Shown: positions 8,747 to 20,700, numbered from the stretch's first letter. The stretch is DNA of 64,000 bases from Thermoanaerobaculia bacterium (GCA_017883205.1 JADGNZ010000005.1:30989-94988); one strand, 5' to 3'. Program-made: numbers and translations. The notes: generated by a model from the sequence alone, not told the origin.

Positions 8747-11700
8747 GGCGCCTCCCCCGGAAGAGCGACAGCAATGACTGTATCTTCCGTCGACCAGACT
8801 CCGCTCGACGAGCGCACGCGGAGCCGATAGGAGCTTTCAACCGTCGGATCGGCATCCTGATCGAGAAAGACATATCGCTCCGGCTGCGATGGGCTTGTGG
8901 TCACAATGCCGGAGAGATCGGACCAGACACGCTCTCCCGGACTCATTCGTGCTATGTCGAACTGCGGTTGAGGAGTTTCCGACCGCCATCCCAATCGCAC
9001 TACGGCCTTGAAGCCCGCTTGAATCACACCGTCCACCGGCCACGGAATGAGTGCGCCATCAGCCTGACGCTGCAGGAGCCAGGTTCGCTCCTCCACATCC
9101 GGTGACGGCGGAATGGTCGTATCGATGACAACCGCCGCCGCAATGCGGCTCGGTGCGGACTCGTTCCCAACGGTATCGATGGCAGTGAGGCGATAGAAGA
9201 CCTTCTGCCCTCCAACAAGTCCGAGTGTGTCGGTCCATGCGGCGGCAGGCTTGGTGGGGTCGATGTCGGTCAGCGCGACTGTATCCACGACATCCATTGA
9301 TCGCAGGTCTTGCGCGTTGTTTTCGTCGCCGGTCCGATAGAAGCGGTACTGTGCGAGATCCGGTTCGCGATTGCGCGCCCATGCGAGAGTGATTGCCCGT
9401 TCGCCAGTGACCACCTTCGTAATCACCGGTGCCCGCGGCGGCTCCACCTTCGGCAAATACACCGGTGGCCCCGGGAGGCTCAATGCGCCCTGGTTCTGGG
9501 CGCCGTCCACGAATGACGCGCGGTAGAAATAGCGGTTGGTGGCGCGGCCGGGGAGCGTGTCCATGTAGGCGCGGAGGGCGGGATCGGGTGGGTAGGTCGC
9601 TTTATCGTCCGGGCGGCGTTGGTCCTGGATCTCGGGGTCGGACATGTCGAAGGGATGGATCGTGATCCGCGCGAACGCGGCCTCGTTCCCTGGCAGGGCG
9701 GCGAGGAGGCGCAGAGCGCTATCGGGCAGGGTGGCGTAGTCGGTGGAGGCGCTGATGACGTTGACCGCTCCCAGGGCGGCGAGCTGCGTTGCCGGGTTCC
9801 AGTAGCCTGGAAAGAGGTCCGTGTCCGCGACAGTGAGATTCGTGTGCGTTCGGCGGATGAGCCAGTCGCGCGCCTTCAGGTCGGTGTTCTGCGGAATCGG
9901 CTTGTTTCCGGCGGCGCCTTCATTGCCCGGCAGGCGCGCCAGGACGCTCCAGGCGTCATTGGAGAGCGAGTCGTAGCCGGTTTCGGCGGTGATCGCTTTG
10001 AGCGCGTCCGCCGCGGCCTGGCGAGTCGCCTGGTTCACGTCGACGAATGCGTCGGCGTGTTTCGCCGGGTCGAGCGCTTTTCGTGTCTCCCGGATCAGCC
10101 AGTCGCGCTGGAAGAGAGTGTCATCCAGCGCCCGCAGAATGTGGACCTTCAGCGGTTGCTGGGGGTCGTTGAAGCGAAAGGTCGTGTACGAGCGGCTGTG
10201 GTAGTCGGCCGGAGTGGCGATGAGCCGCTCGGCGAGTACGGGCAGATCAGGCGCCTGCGGCGCCTTCTGCAGCACGCGAAAGACCGTCGCCGACGGCGAG
10301 AGACGGCTCTCGTTGCCAACGAGGGTTCCGCCGGGAAACGTGTCGGCGACGTGCGTCCTGTTATCCGCGGCGCTCACGGCGACCTGTGCGTAGACCGAGG
10401 GGTCGGCAAGAGTCGGCTCGAACGGCTGATTAGGACCTACGTCCGGAGCGGGGAGGAAAACGTCGTACTCGCGGGCCGGCCGGCCGACGATCCACGACAC
10501 CGGCGCACCGACGGTCGGAGGCGTCTCGAGCGTCACCGTGCACGAGGTGACGTTGAAGCGCAAGATCCGAATGCGCTGCTCCGCGCCGCTCGCGTCCTTG
10601 AGCCAGAGGTGATCGATCCATGGCTGGATGCCGGAAAGCTCGGCCTGCAGCGGAAGCTCAACGGTCGTACCGTTGATTGTGATTTGCGCGGCGAGATGGG
10701 CGTCCGTGAATGCCTTGTCGGAGAGAGGCAGGCCGTTGCCGTCCTTCGACGGATCGACCACGATCCGTGCCGGCGGGTCGTACGGCACCGTAGTGATACG
10801 CATCGCCCACGTCGTGGCCAGGCCGGTATCGACCCAGAGCGCGTGCTTCTCCGGGATAGCAATCGTGCACGGCTTCCCTACCGTCGGGCCGACGTCATTG
10901 TTCGCGCCGATGTTGTTGACTCGCAGTCGCAGCTTCGTTCCAGGCTGGCTGCCCACGACCTCGAAGTCGTTGTTGCCCACCCGCAGACGAGTACCGGCGA
11001 AAACGCCGGCGTTGCGGGGATCGGCGAAGTCGAGATCGACGTCGCTCTGAACCGCCGAGGCGGCGGTGACCGTGTCGACTCTCCCCAGCAGAGCGTTCCA
11101 GCGCCCCGGCTGGAAATAGAGCCGGAACTGGTTCGTGTCGGGCGCCTGGATCTGCTGCATCAGCGTCCAGCGAAAGCGGACGCGAAGGCCGACAAGATCG
11201 GGAGAGACGCCGTTACGCCAGGTCTGGTAAGCCGCATCGGCGAGGATCCAGCGATCGAGCGGATCGAGCGCCCACGCTTCCACGCCGAGGGGCGTTGGCG
11301 GCGGCATCTTGTCGAGCAATGCAACGGCGAATGGATCGATCGAGCCGTCGCCGACGGCCGGCTGGTAGTACCACGGGGCGGCTGTACCTGAAGGCGGAAC
11401 CCACTGGTACCACTCGGCGGGCGGCCCCGGCGCGCTGAAGCGGCCGAAGATATCCTGGCCGGCGACACGGTAGCTGTACCAACCCTCGGGCAGGTTGCTG
11501 TCGACGATGTAAAGCGGAGTCGCGGGAGGCGGCCAGTCGGAGCTGCGCGGATTGGGGCTCACAGGCGGGATCTGCGGATCGGGCTCGGAGATGAGCACCG
11601 GCGAAAGCCTGGTCGTGTATTGCGAAGGATCCGGCTCCGTAGCCGGCCTGGTGGAGCCAAGGGAGGCGCGCCTCGGTTTGTAGAAGACGATCTGGTCCGG

Positions 11701-13938
11701 CTGCGGCTGTTGGTCGGTCGTGTCGGGAGGGAGCGGCCACCAGAGGCCCACGCTGCCCGCCGCCTCGGCAGGGAGCGTCCCGTCGATCGCGCGGGTGGCC
11801 ATCCCGGGAAGTGCGTAGGCGCGCGGTGGGCCGGGCGGCGCGATCGGCGCGCGCGGCTTCATGCTCTGGTCGAGCAGCAGCTCTTTCCAGACCGCTTCCG
11901 CGTCGCCGGTGAACGCGAGCCAATCGAGGGCACTCGCGGCGCTGCCACCGAGGGCTCCTGTCGTATCGCCGAGGAGGAGGTAGTCATAGGCGACATCCGG
12001 CTGTGCTGAATCATCCGCGAAGTAGAGGCCGAGCATCTGGGCGAACGCCGGGTGCAGGCTGGCCAGGAAGACGACGTCCAGCGGCTTCAGCCCCGGGAGA
12101 GTCGGAAGATCCTCGGTGACGGGCGAGAGCGGCTGACCCGCAAGATCGGGGTGTACGACGTCCGCCATCGCCACGCCGGCCGGCCCGCCGTGAACGAGCA
12201 CCACCAACTCGGCGTGCAGATCGGAGAACCCCTGATCCCATCCCGTCGGAGCGCGATAGGTCACGCGCGAAAAGGCGAGAGTCTGGGCGTCGGCGCTGGT
12301 CGTCGGTTTGCCCGGACAGGGGTAGCCGGCGTCGGCGACCGGCAGGCAGAGGGGGTACTGGAACTTCGGCACCTCCTGCCAACCGAACGTGTCCGATTGC
12401 TTGCTGGGCACGTAGCAGATGTCGACGAGCGCTGCATTGCCTGCGGCGATCTCGATGGCGGTGATTCCGGCGATCGATACGGCGTTCGGCGAGCCTCCGA
12501 TCAGCGTGCCTGCGACGACTTGTCCGGGATCGCCGCTGATCACCACCTGAGAGACCACCGAGTTGTCCTGCCCCAAGCCGCGGACCGCAATCTCGGTCGG
12601 GCCAGGAGCGGCTGCGACGCAGTCGAAGAAGATGCGGTGCAACAAGCCGTCTTGACCAGGCATGTCGACCTGGATGCGGGTGATCGCCGCGCCTTCGAGT
12701 ACGACCTCGGCCGCGCCTCCAGTGCTTATATCGAGGCTCTGCGCCAGGGTACCGTCCTGGTTGAAGGCCTGCACGTGCACCGGCGGATCGTTCGACGCGT
12801 CCACGGGAACGCCCCCGACGTTACGCGTCCGGGAGAATTGCATTGTCACTTTGGTCGTCAGGCAGGGAAGCTGGATGTCGATCCTCGGGCCCAGCAAGCC
12901 GGTCCAAGCCTGACCCCGCTTATCGAAAGAAGCGAGTGGAAACGGCCGCAGTTGCCCCACCGCGTCATAGCCGAGGACCTGGAAGGAGACTCCCTGCTCG
13001 ACGACCGGGTTGGGCCGCTGGACGACCGAGTTGGGAAACTGACCGACCGGCCACTCCTCGAAGTTGGCGTCGATGGTTCGTCCGTCCGGACCGCCCTTCG
13101 GGCACTCCCAGCAGATCTCGTGAAGGAGCGCCGACTCGACGCCCGCGCTTTCAAGCGTCACGCGGGTGATCGCTTTGCCGCTCAGCCGGACGGCGCCGGA
13201 CTGGAGAGCCAATTGCGCGAAGCTCTGGGCGCCGACGCTTGCGCCTGCGCTCTCGAAGCCTTCGATCCGGACGTCGGCCGGGTTGGTGACCAGAAGGTCC
13301 ACGCGGGTAGCCGGGCAAGGCAAGGCCACCGTGATCCGCACGGAGCTCTCGAATCGTGATGTCCCCTCGAGGCCTCGGGGGCTCCCGCTCAACTGCCCGA
13401 TCAATGCGTCGGCACTCGGTGGCGTGAGCACCGCCTCCACGGTGAAGGCCGCGCCCTGCTCGGTGCGCGGGTTCGGTCCGCTGCCAAGCGGGGAAAGGCG
13501 GAAGTCGACGCAGGTTCTCGTCACTTCCCCGGCGCGGAATCCGATGCTCACAGTCGCCGACTGCGTCTCGACGCCCTCCGGCAGATCGAAGCGCAGCGGA
13601 GCGCGGAGGTCTACTTCGGCCGTTCCGGCCGGCGCGAAGTCGTCTGTGAAGACGAGTGCCTTCGGGCTGGAGAGTGTGCCCAGCTTCGTCGGCAGGCTGA
13701 GGCCCTGCGACGTTCCCGGACGGATGCGGCCGAGCTCCGTCTCCAGGCAGAGAGGACGGGTCGGCTGGTTCTCCCGGCGGAAGAGATAGAAGCCATACCA
13801 GGGGAAGCCCAAAGCCTGATCCGGCGCCCAGCGCAGATGGTTGGCGTCGACAAGGGGTGTCTGCTCAGGGTCCACGGGATGATCACCGCGGATGCCGAGC
13901 CCCAGCATGCTGAGGCGATCCTGAGCTTCGTTGCTCAT
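8743..13938 (-). CDS. 1731-aa giant protein of unknown function; C-terminal region has fibronectin-III-like modules (e.g. ...AITLAWARNREPDLAQYRFYRTGDENN...); no signal peptide, no P-loop
   Basis: Continuous ORF with diverse, non-low-complexity composition. It is antisense to several long Arg-rich pseudo-ORFs (9619..11391, 12052..13359), which is expected for a real gene in GC-rich DNA. First gene of a three-gene overlapping/coupled operon (13938 -> below 1). Confidence 0.8.
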   Translation of the reverse strand: MSNEAQDRLSMLGLGIRGDHPVDPEQTPLVDANHLRWAPDQALGFPWYGFYLFRRENQPTRPLCLETELGRIRPGTSQGLSLPTKLGTLSSPKALVFTDDFAPAGTAEVDLRAPLRFDLPEGVETQSATVSIGFRAGEVTRTCVDFRLSPLGSGPNPRTEQGAAFTVEAVLTPPSADALIGQLSGSPRGLEGTSRFESSVRITVALPCPATRVDLLVTNPADVRIEGFESAGASVGAQSFAQLALQSGAVRLSGKAITRVTLESAGVESALLHEICWECPKGGPDGRTIDANFEEWPVGQFPNSVVQRPNPVVEQGVSFQVLGYDAVGQLRPFPLASFDKRGQAWTGLLGPRIDIQLPCLTTKVTMQFSRTRNVGGVPVDASNDPPVHVQAFNQDGTLAQSLDISTGGAAEVVLEGAAITRIQVDMPGQDGLLHRIFFDCVAAAPGPTEIAVRGLGQDNSVVSQVVISGDPGQVVAGTLIGGSPNAVSIAGITAIEIAAGNAALVDICYVPSKQSDTFGWQEVPKFQYPLCLPVADAGYPCPGKPTTSADAQTLAFSRVTYRAPTGWDQGFSDLHAELVVLVHGGPAGVAMADVVHPDLAGQPLSPVTEDLPTLPGLKPLDVVFLASLHPAFAQMLGLYFADDSAQPDVAYDYLLLGDTTGALGGSAASALDWLAFTGDAEAVWKELLLDQSMKPRAPIAPPGPPRAYALPGMATRAIDGTLPAEAAGSVGLWWPLPPDTTDQQPQPDQIVFYKPRRASLGSTRPATEPDPSQYTTRLSPVLISEPDPQIPPVSPNPRSSDWPPPATPLYIVDSNLPEGWYSYRVAGQDIFGRFSAPGPPAEWYQWVPPSGTAAPWYYQPAVGDGSIDPFAVALLDKMPPPTPLGVEAWALDPLDRWILADAAYQTWRNGVSPDLVGLRVRFRWTLMQQIQAPDTNQFRLYFQPGRWNALLGRVDTVTAASAVQSDVDLDFADPRNAGVFAGTRLRVGNNDFEVVGSQPGTKLRLRVNNIGANNDVGPTVGKPCTIAIPEKHALWVDTGLATTWAMRITTVPYDPPARIVVDPSKDGNGLPLSDKAFTDAHLAAQITINGTTVELPLQAELSGIQPWIDHLWLKDASGAEQRIRILRFNVTSCTVTLETPPTVGAPVSWIVGRPAREYDVFLPAPDVGPNQPFEPTLADPSVYAQVAVSAADNRTHVADTFPGGTLVGNESRLSPSATVFRVLQKAPQAPDLPVLAERLIATPADYHSRSYTTFRFNDPQQPLKVHILRALDDTLFQRDWLIRETRKALDPAKHADAFVDVNQATRQAAADALKAITAETGYDSLSNDAWSVLARLPGNEGAAGNKPIPQNTDLKARDWLIRRTHTNLTVADTDLFPGYWNPATQLAALGAVNVISASTDYATLPDSALRLLAALPGNEAAFARITIHPFDMSDPEIQDQRRPDDKATYPPDPALRAYMDTLPGRATNRYFYRASFVDGAQNQGALSLPGPPVYLPKVEPPRAPVITKVVTGERAITLAWARNREPDLAQYRFYRTGDENNAQDLRSMDVVDTVALTDIDPTKPAAAWTDTLGLVGGQKVFYRLTAIDTVGNESAPSRIAAAVVIDTTIPPSPDVEERTWLLQRQADGALIPWPVDGVIQAGFKAVVRLGWRSETPQPQFDIARMSPGERVWSDLSGIVTTSPSQPERYVFLDQDADPTVESSYRLRVRSSSGVWSTEDTVIAVALPGEAP

Positions 13939-14599
13939 TCGACCTTCTTGCGCGAGACGTGCCGCGCGTTAGATTGTTGGGACCCTCTAATCATAGGAGT
14001 GCCCCGATGAAGGATTTCCCTACCTGCGGATCGATATTTATTTTTTTAGCTCGCCGTTCCGATCTTCAGGGTGGAAACGGAGCCGCACCTTGGTGATCGC
14101 GAAGTAGTCAGGAATCAACAGGTTGCCGGGCGACTTTTCTCCGACTATGTTCGTCTCGTATCTCGCGAGACGGTCGATTCGTAGGGCTGTTCTTCCAAGG
14201 CCGAAGACGTACATTGTTCGGCGGGTCTCCTGACAAAATGGAAGCAGGGGAGGCGATGGCCGCGGCCGCCCAAGGTAACGCCAGCCGGCAGGTCGACCTC
14301 TTGGCTCAATCCGCAGCCAGCGCGTCTTGATTCTGTGCAGGAAGAAGCTGCTTTGAGCAGCCGGGGGGCGGCTGACTCAGCCCTCGACGCATTCGTGCAC
14401 CTTTTTCTATCGTCATCGCGGGCCGACGATCTCGACCTTTCCTGCATGCTTTTCTTGAGCGGGTGTCGTTCGGGTGTCGATGTCGCCATCTCACGGATAC
14501 TCTTGGACGGATGTGGACGCTCGGGCCTCGCCGCAAGTCGTTGAAGGCACGAGCGTCCGGAAGTATCCAGAACTTTGCTGAACAATTCGTAATAGCAGG

Positions 14600-14629
14600 T
14601 CAGCGGTTCAAATCCGCTCAACGGCTCCA
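14600..14629 (+). other. tRNA-like 3' fragment: T-arm (AGCGG-TTCAAAT-CCGCT) + 7-nt acceptor 3' strand (CAACGGC) + discriminator + CCA; no convincing complete cloverleaf upstream
   Basis: GGTTCAAATCC T-loop consensus with perfect 5-bp T-stem, followed by CAACGGC-T-CCA at 14619-14629. Attempts to fold a full class I or class II tRNA from 14537/14554 fail in the D and anticodon arms. Confidence 0.3.
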
Positions 14630-14798
14630 ATTCAGATCAACAACTTAGAACTGGCTGCGTCGCAACACTCAGCGGGAAAGCGTTCGCGATTCCGCATTTC
14701 GCGGCGTCACGAACGGACACGTGGTCAGACATTCCGCTCGATGCAAGCTGTCGTCACTTTCGGTTTCGACCTGACCCCTTCCTTTGCCGCTCCTTTCT

Positions 14799-17700
14799 TT
14801 AACGGACGAGGTCGCGCAGTTCCTGAAGATGGGTGCCTTTCACGACTGTCGTTCCGGCGACGATGGTTGGGTCTGTGTAGCTCGGCGTCACTCCGATGGC
14901 GCTGAGGACTGGAGCCAGGGCGGTGCGCAGCTCTGTAACGTGAACTGCTTTGATCGTTGCTCCCGCTCCGAGGGACGGATCGGTGAACGTGAATGACGTC
15001 TGACCGACGCTTGCCCGAGCCGCGTTGATGGCAGTCCGAAGCTCGGTGATGTGGATTGGTCTGATGAGCGTATGGCACGCGGTGAGCGATGGATCGGTGA
15101 ACACGATCGTGGTCGCGGCATCGATGGCGGAGTATCCCGAAGCGGTGGTATCGGCCTTGATTGTCCGCACCTTATAGAGGTAAGTCGTCGACGGATTGAG
15201 ACCGGACTCCGAGAACGTGGTGAGAGTGTTCGTTCCGCGCAACGTCCAGTTGATGTTGTCGGTGCTGCGATAGATCTCGTAGGGATCCGCGGAGGTAACG
15301 GTTGCCCAGACCATGTTCACGCTCGTCGTGCTCGTTGTAGTGGCGCTGAAGTATGGCGGCGCACCGAATGGTGCCAGTTGTACGGTGACGTTCGCCGATT
15401 TCGAGTCCGAGCAGCCGAAGGAATTCGTCACGGTGACGAAGAGCGTGAGTGTGCCGGCTCCGCCCGCGGTGAATGTGATGCTGCGCGTGCCATTGCCTGA
15501 TGTGATCGTGCCGCCGGTGATGCTCCAGGAGAAGGTCGCACCCGTGCACTCATGGACTACCGAAGCGGTAGCGCTTGCGCCGGAGTACATCGGCGATGGG
15601 ACGCTGATCGTTACATTCGGCTTCGGATTGACGGTGACGGTTGTCGTTGCCGACGCGGCGCTGGTGCAGCCGCTTGCCGTCGTGGTCACGCTGTACGCGC
15701 CGGTGAGTGTAGCGACGGTGGTCTGGCTCGTTTCGCTGCCGAGCAGCACACCATTCCGATACCACTGGTTGCCGGTAGCGCTGCTCGACGTGAGCGTCAC
15801 GCTTCCGCCTTGACAGAACGTTGTGGAGCCTCCGGCGCTGATGGTCGGTGTGGCGGGAATCGGATTCACAGTCACGGCGGTGGGCGCCGACGGGGCGCTG
15901 CTGCAGCCGTTCGTGACCACGACGGTGTAATTGCCGGATGCGGTGGCGTTGTAGGTCTGATTGGTGGCGCCGCTAATCGAATTGCCGCCGAGGAACCACT
16001 GGTAGCCGCCAGCGCTGCTAGAGGTCAGCAGGACGCTGCCTCCGTTGCAGAACGTCGTCGGTCCTCCGGGCGTGATGGTCGGTGTGGAGGGAGGCTGATT
16101 AACGGTGACAGCGATCGCCGGCGACGGGGCACTGCTGCATCCGCTGGTGGTCACGACCACGGTGTAGTTCCCGGTGGCGACGGCGCTATAGGTGTTGCCT
16201 GTCGCGCCGGTGATCAGGCCTGCGTTCAGGAACCACTGATTGCCGGCCGCTGCGCTCGATGTGAGGGTGACGCTGCCACCGGCGCAGAAGGTCGTCGGGC
16301 CGCCGGGGGTGATCGTAGGCGTCGCCGGAGCTGTGTTTACGACGACATTGGTTGATCCTGCGGCGGACGTGCAGCCGGCGACGGTCACGGTGACAGAGTA
16401 GCTGCCCGCATTGGCGGCGGTGGCGTTGGACCGAGTGGGATTCTGTTGCGATGACGTGAAGCTGTTCGGCCCCGTCCAGGAGTAGGTCGCGCCAGCCACG
16501 GCCGGCGTGAAAAGGGAGATGGTCGCGCCTTCACAGTACGGTCCGCCGTTGGTGGCGGTTGGCGTGGCCGGGATCGTGTTTACTGCGACGCTGGTCGATC
16601 CGGCTGCGGAGGTGCAGCCGTTGACCGTGATCGTCACGGAGTAAGTTCCCGCGTCGGCGATCGTCGCGTTCGAGCGTGTCGGGTTCTGCAGAGCAGACGT
16701 GAAGCCGTTCGGACCTGTCCATGAATACGTGGCACCACCTACGGTCGGCGTGGAAATTGAGATCGTTGCGCTTTCGCAGTACGGACCTCCGTTCGACGCG
16801 GTTGGCGTGGCCGGAGCCGGATTGACTACTACGTTCGTCGTGCCGGCGGCCGAGGTACAGCCGCTGACAGTAACCGTCACCGAGTATGTCCCGGCATCTG
16901 CCGTCGTGATGTTGGCGCGCGTCGGGTTCTGCTGCGAAGAGGTGAAGCCGTTCGGACCGGTCCAGGCGTACGTTGCACTGGCGACGGCAGGAGTGGAGAG
17001 CGAGATCGTTCCGCCCTCACAGTACGGGCCGCCGTTGGATGCGCTCGGCGTCGCAGGAATCGGATTTACGACAACGCCTGTCGTCCCCACGGCGGATGTG
17101 CATCCGCTCACCGTGACGGTCACGGAGTACGTCCCGGCATCAGCCGTCGTGGAGTTGGCTCGGGTCGGGTTCTGGACGGACGAGGTGAAACCGTTCGGGC
17201 CGGTCCAGGCATAGGTGGCGCTGGCGACGGTTGGTGTAGAGAGCGAGATCGTTCCGCCTTCGCAGTACGGACCGGTGTTCGATGCCGCCGGCGTCGCGGG
17301 GATGGGGTTCACAACCACGCTCGTCGTGCCGGCCGCGGAGGTGCAGGTGCCGACGGTGACTGTCACCGAATAGGTACCCGCGTCCGCGGTCGTGGCGCTT
17401 GCACGCGTCGGGTTCTGAAGTGCGGAGGTGAAGCCGTTGGGACCGGTCCAGGCGTAGGTGGCGCTGGCGACGGTTGGTGTGGAGAGCGAGATCGTGGCGC
17501 CCGCGCAATACGGGCCGCCGTTGGAGGCCGTTGGCGTTGCCGGCGTGGCATTCACAACAACGCTCGTTGAGCCGGCCGCCGAGGTGCAGCCGCTGACCGT
17601 TACCGTGACGGAGTAGGTACCGGCATCGGCAGTTGTGGCGTTTGCGCGCGTCGGGTTCTGAAGCGCTGATGTGAAGCCGTTCGGACCGGTCCACGCGTAG

Positions 17701-20700
17701 GTAGCGCTCGCGACGGTTGGTGTGGACAGCGAGATCGTTGCGCCAGAGCAGTATGCGCCGGTGTTCGACGCCGTCGGCGTTGCGGGGATGGGATTGACGA
17801 CGACGCTGGTCGTGCCGGCCGCCGAGGTGCAGCCGGAAACGGTCACGGTGACGGAGTACGTTCCGGCATCGGCGGTGGTGGCGCTCGCGTGCGTGGGGTT
17901 TTGGAGCGCTGATGTGAAGCCGTTCGGGCCGGTCCAGGCGTAGGTCGCGCCGGCGACCGTCGGAGTGGAGAGAGAAATCGTAGAGCCGGCGCAGTACGGG
18001 CCGCCGTTCGACGCCGTCGGTGTGGCGGGAATGGGGTTGATCGGAACTGTGGTCGAGTTTGTGGCCTGACAGGCGTTGGGTGCCACGATCGACAGAGTCA
18101 GTGTGACGTTGCCGGATGCGCCGGCTGTGTACGAGATCGACTGCGACGTAGTGCTGCCCTGAATGGTGCCATTCGTGATCGACCACGCATACGATGTCGC
18201 GCCAGCCGGACCACTGGCCGTGTTGCCGCTCGATGCCGAGCAAACCTGCGCGGGCGCCGGCGTGATGGACGCGGTCGTAGTGCTGCAGTCGCTGTCCGCA
18301 TAACACGCGGTGACGTCATTCAAGGCCGGCGTCACGGCCGTGCTCGTCGTCGTCAGGTACGCTTTGTATTGAACGTAGCGCTTGTTGTAGAACTGCGTCA
18401 GCGACGCCGGTGACGTGGTGAAGAAGGTCGCCGCGGTTCCGTCCGGACCGACAAAGCTGAACGGGCCGCTCACCGAGTTGGAGCCGGCAGCCTGGAAACG
18501 CAACGTCGTGTTCGCCGGCGTGGTGGCCGTCCAGGAGAACGACGACCATATCGGAGTCAGCCCGGCGGCGGGGTTCGCGTCTTTGGTGCCGGAAATGAGG
18601 TTGCCCGAAAGCGAGAAGCCGACGTTCATATAGGAGATGAAGACGACGTCGTTGGATTGCCCAGTGGCGTTCGAGCAGGAGGAAGTGCTGCACACCTGGC
18701 GTCTGCCGCCGGTGAGACCGTTGCCGTCACTTGTCAGTACCGCCTGCGTTCCGGTACGGGCAGACGCCAACTTGAGAACAAAACCGTACTGGGTGCCGGC
18801 GGTCAGTGTCGGTGGAGTCGCGAACGTGAAGGTCATGAAACCGCCGGAGCCGCTGGAGGATCCGGCAATCGTCGATGACGCGAGCAGTGCGGGCGCGGTC
18901 ATGAGGATGTTGCCTGCACTGGTCGTTCTGGCCTCGATGGTGAGGTTCGGATTCGCCCCCGAGCAGGTGGCACAGAAGATGTTGACGTCGATCCGCTTCA
19001 ACGTGCCCGTCACGGCGGGCGTAAAGGTCTGAGCGGCAAACGAGGTGTTGCTGAACCCGACGCCGTTGGTGGTGTAGTTCGTCGTAATCTGGTCAACAGT
19101 GTCAGGACTGGCCAGAATGACGTTGCCAGCGCTCGTCGTCAGGTCGACGTTCGTCGGAACACCCGTCTGGAAGTCGGTCTGGCTCGTATCGGTCAGGCAC
19201 GCGCTGGTCGCAGCCGTGGCTAGCGAGAAGTTCGTCGTCGTGGTGCCACCGTCTGTGATGACGATGTTCGATGCAGAGCCTGTGACGTATCCGGGAAAGC
19301 TGGCGGTGATTAACGGGTACGTTCCCGCAGGAATGTTCGCGAACGAGTACGCGCCGGAACCGTTCGTCGTTGCCGACCGTGATCCGAATTGGACCGTCGC
19401 GCCACTGATGGCAGCGCCGCCCACCGTGGCAGTGACGGTTCCCGAGACTGTGCCACCGGCACCAACCGGGATGCAGGAAGGAAACGTGAACGAGCCGACA
19501 CGCGTAAGAAAGTTCAGGCCGTTCGCCGCGTAGTACTCGTTGGTGTACCAGAAGGTGCAGCCGTTGGGATCGAGCGACATAGCGCTGTAGTCGCCCCAGC
19601 GGATACACGACGTGCCGCAGTTGCCGCTCTGGGAGGCAGTGCCCTGGAACATCAACTGTTCGGTCTGAGTGATGCTGTTTGCCGCGTCACCGGCGAGCCG
19701 GCCGGCGTACTTCATCCCCGGATTGGTTGTGGCGTTCGAGGTCGTGTAGCCGATGGCCATGTTGCCGGCGCGGTCGACCGCGGCGCTCGGCATGTACCGG
19801 TATACGGTGGTGTCCGGGCTGTACGTCCAGCTCTGGGTCGTGTTGGCGGCTACAGTTCCGCCGGTCACGTTGATCTGGTAGTAGCGGACGGCGGATTGTG
19901 TGGATGTCAGATTCGTCGTCGGATTGCCGGCGCCGACGGTGTGACTGTTCCACAGCGACTCCACGCCTCCAATATTCGAATACTGGTTCTGCACCATCAG
20001 GCGTGGATAAAGCGTATCGAGGAAGTTTGCCGGAGTCGGCGCTGTCGTAACGCCTGTCGTCCGGGCGAACTGCTCCCACCAGAATGCCATCGTCGAATCG
20101 AACGGCCCCGTGACGCTCGAAGCAGAGGGGTGGTTCCAATCGACGTGGAACTTCCATATCTGAACCGAGTTGAGGAAGTTGAACACGGACGCGAAGTAGT
20201 TGGGAGTGCCAGCCGGTGGAGTACCGGTCTGTAGCCGCGCATTCGCAGGAAGCACCGTGAATTGGTCGGATGGGAGATTGAACGAGACCGACTGGATGTT
20301 CGCCGCGCCCGCATACATCTGTGCCTTGTTGAATGCATAGAGGCGCGAGTTCTGAAACGAGCCTGCCGCGGCATAGTCGAACATGTTGACCGACATGTAG
20401 AGACCGTCCGGCCAGATGCCCAACTTCGGGTAGTCGCCGAGACCGCCGGTAGTGTTGATCGAGTAGTAGTTCCAGCCGCCGCTGACCGGATCGCCAGTCA
20501 TCGAAACAGCGAAACACTGGAACGAGCCCGGGGGATTGATGACGTTGTTGGAGCCGTCGAGCTTGAAGGCGAAGTCCGAAATGACCCAGCGATCCTCGAA
20601 CGAATCGTAGAGGACCACGGGATCGCCGAAGTTGTCGGTGTCGCAGAGATTGCCGAAGTTTCCCTGGCTCATGAATGTGTCGAACGTAAATGCCGCCATG

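Noticed and set aside
9619-13359. Plus-strand ORFs 9619..11391 (590 aa) and 12052..13359 (435 aa)
   Set aside because: They are antisense to the 1731-aa gene and have Arg/Gly/Asp-rich junk composition, a typical GC-rich antisense artefact.
14537-14629. A complete class-II (long-arm) tRNA starting at GTCGTTG
   Set aside because: Only the T-arm and acceptor 3' strand fold. The putative D-stem has no complement and no anticodon stem-loop can be formed. It is kept only as a tRNA-like 3' fragment.
15552-20517. ORFs overlapping the 2218-aa repeat gene (15552..16355+, 17140..18306-, 19389..20234+, 19687..20517-, 20262..21089+)
   Set aside because: These are off-frame or antisense readings of the repeat gene, His/Arg/Gly-rich with no family signal. 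17140..18306 is the same strand in another frame and only reflects the DNA repeats.
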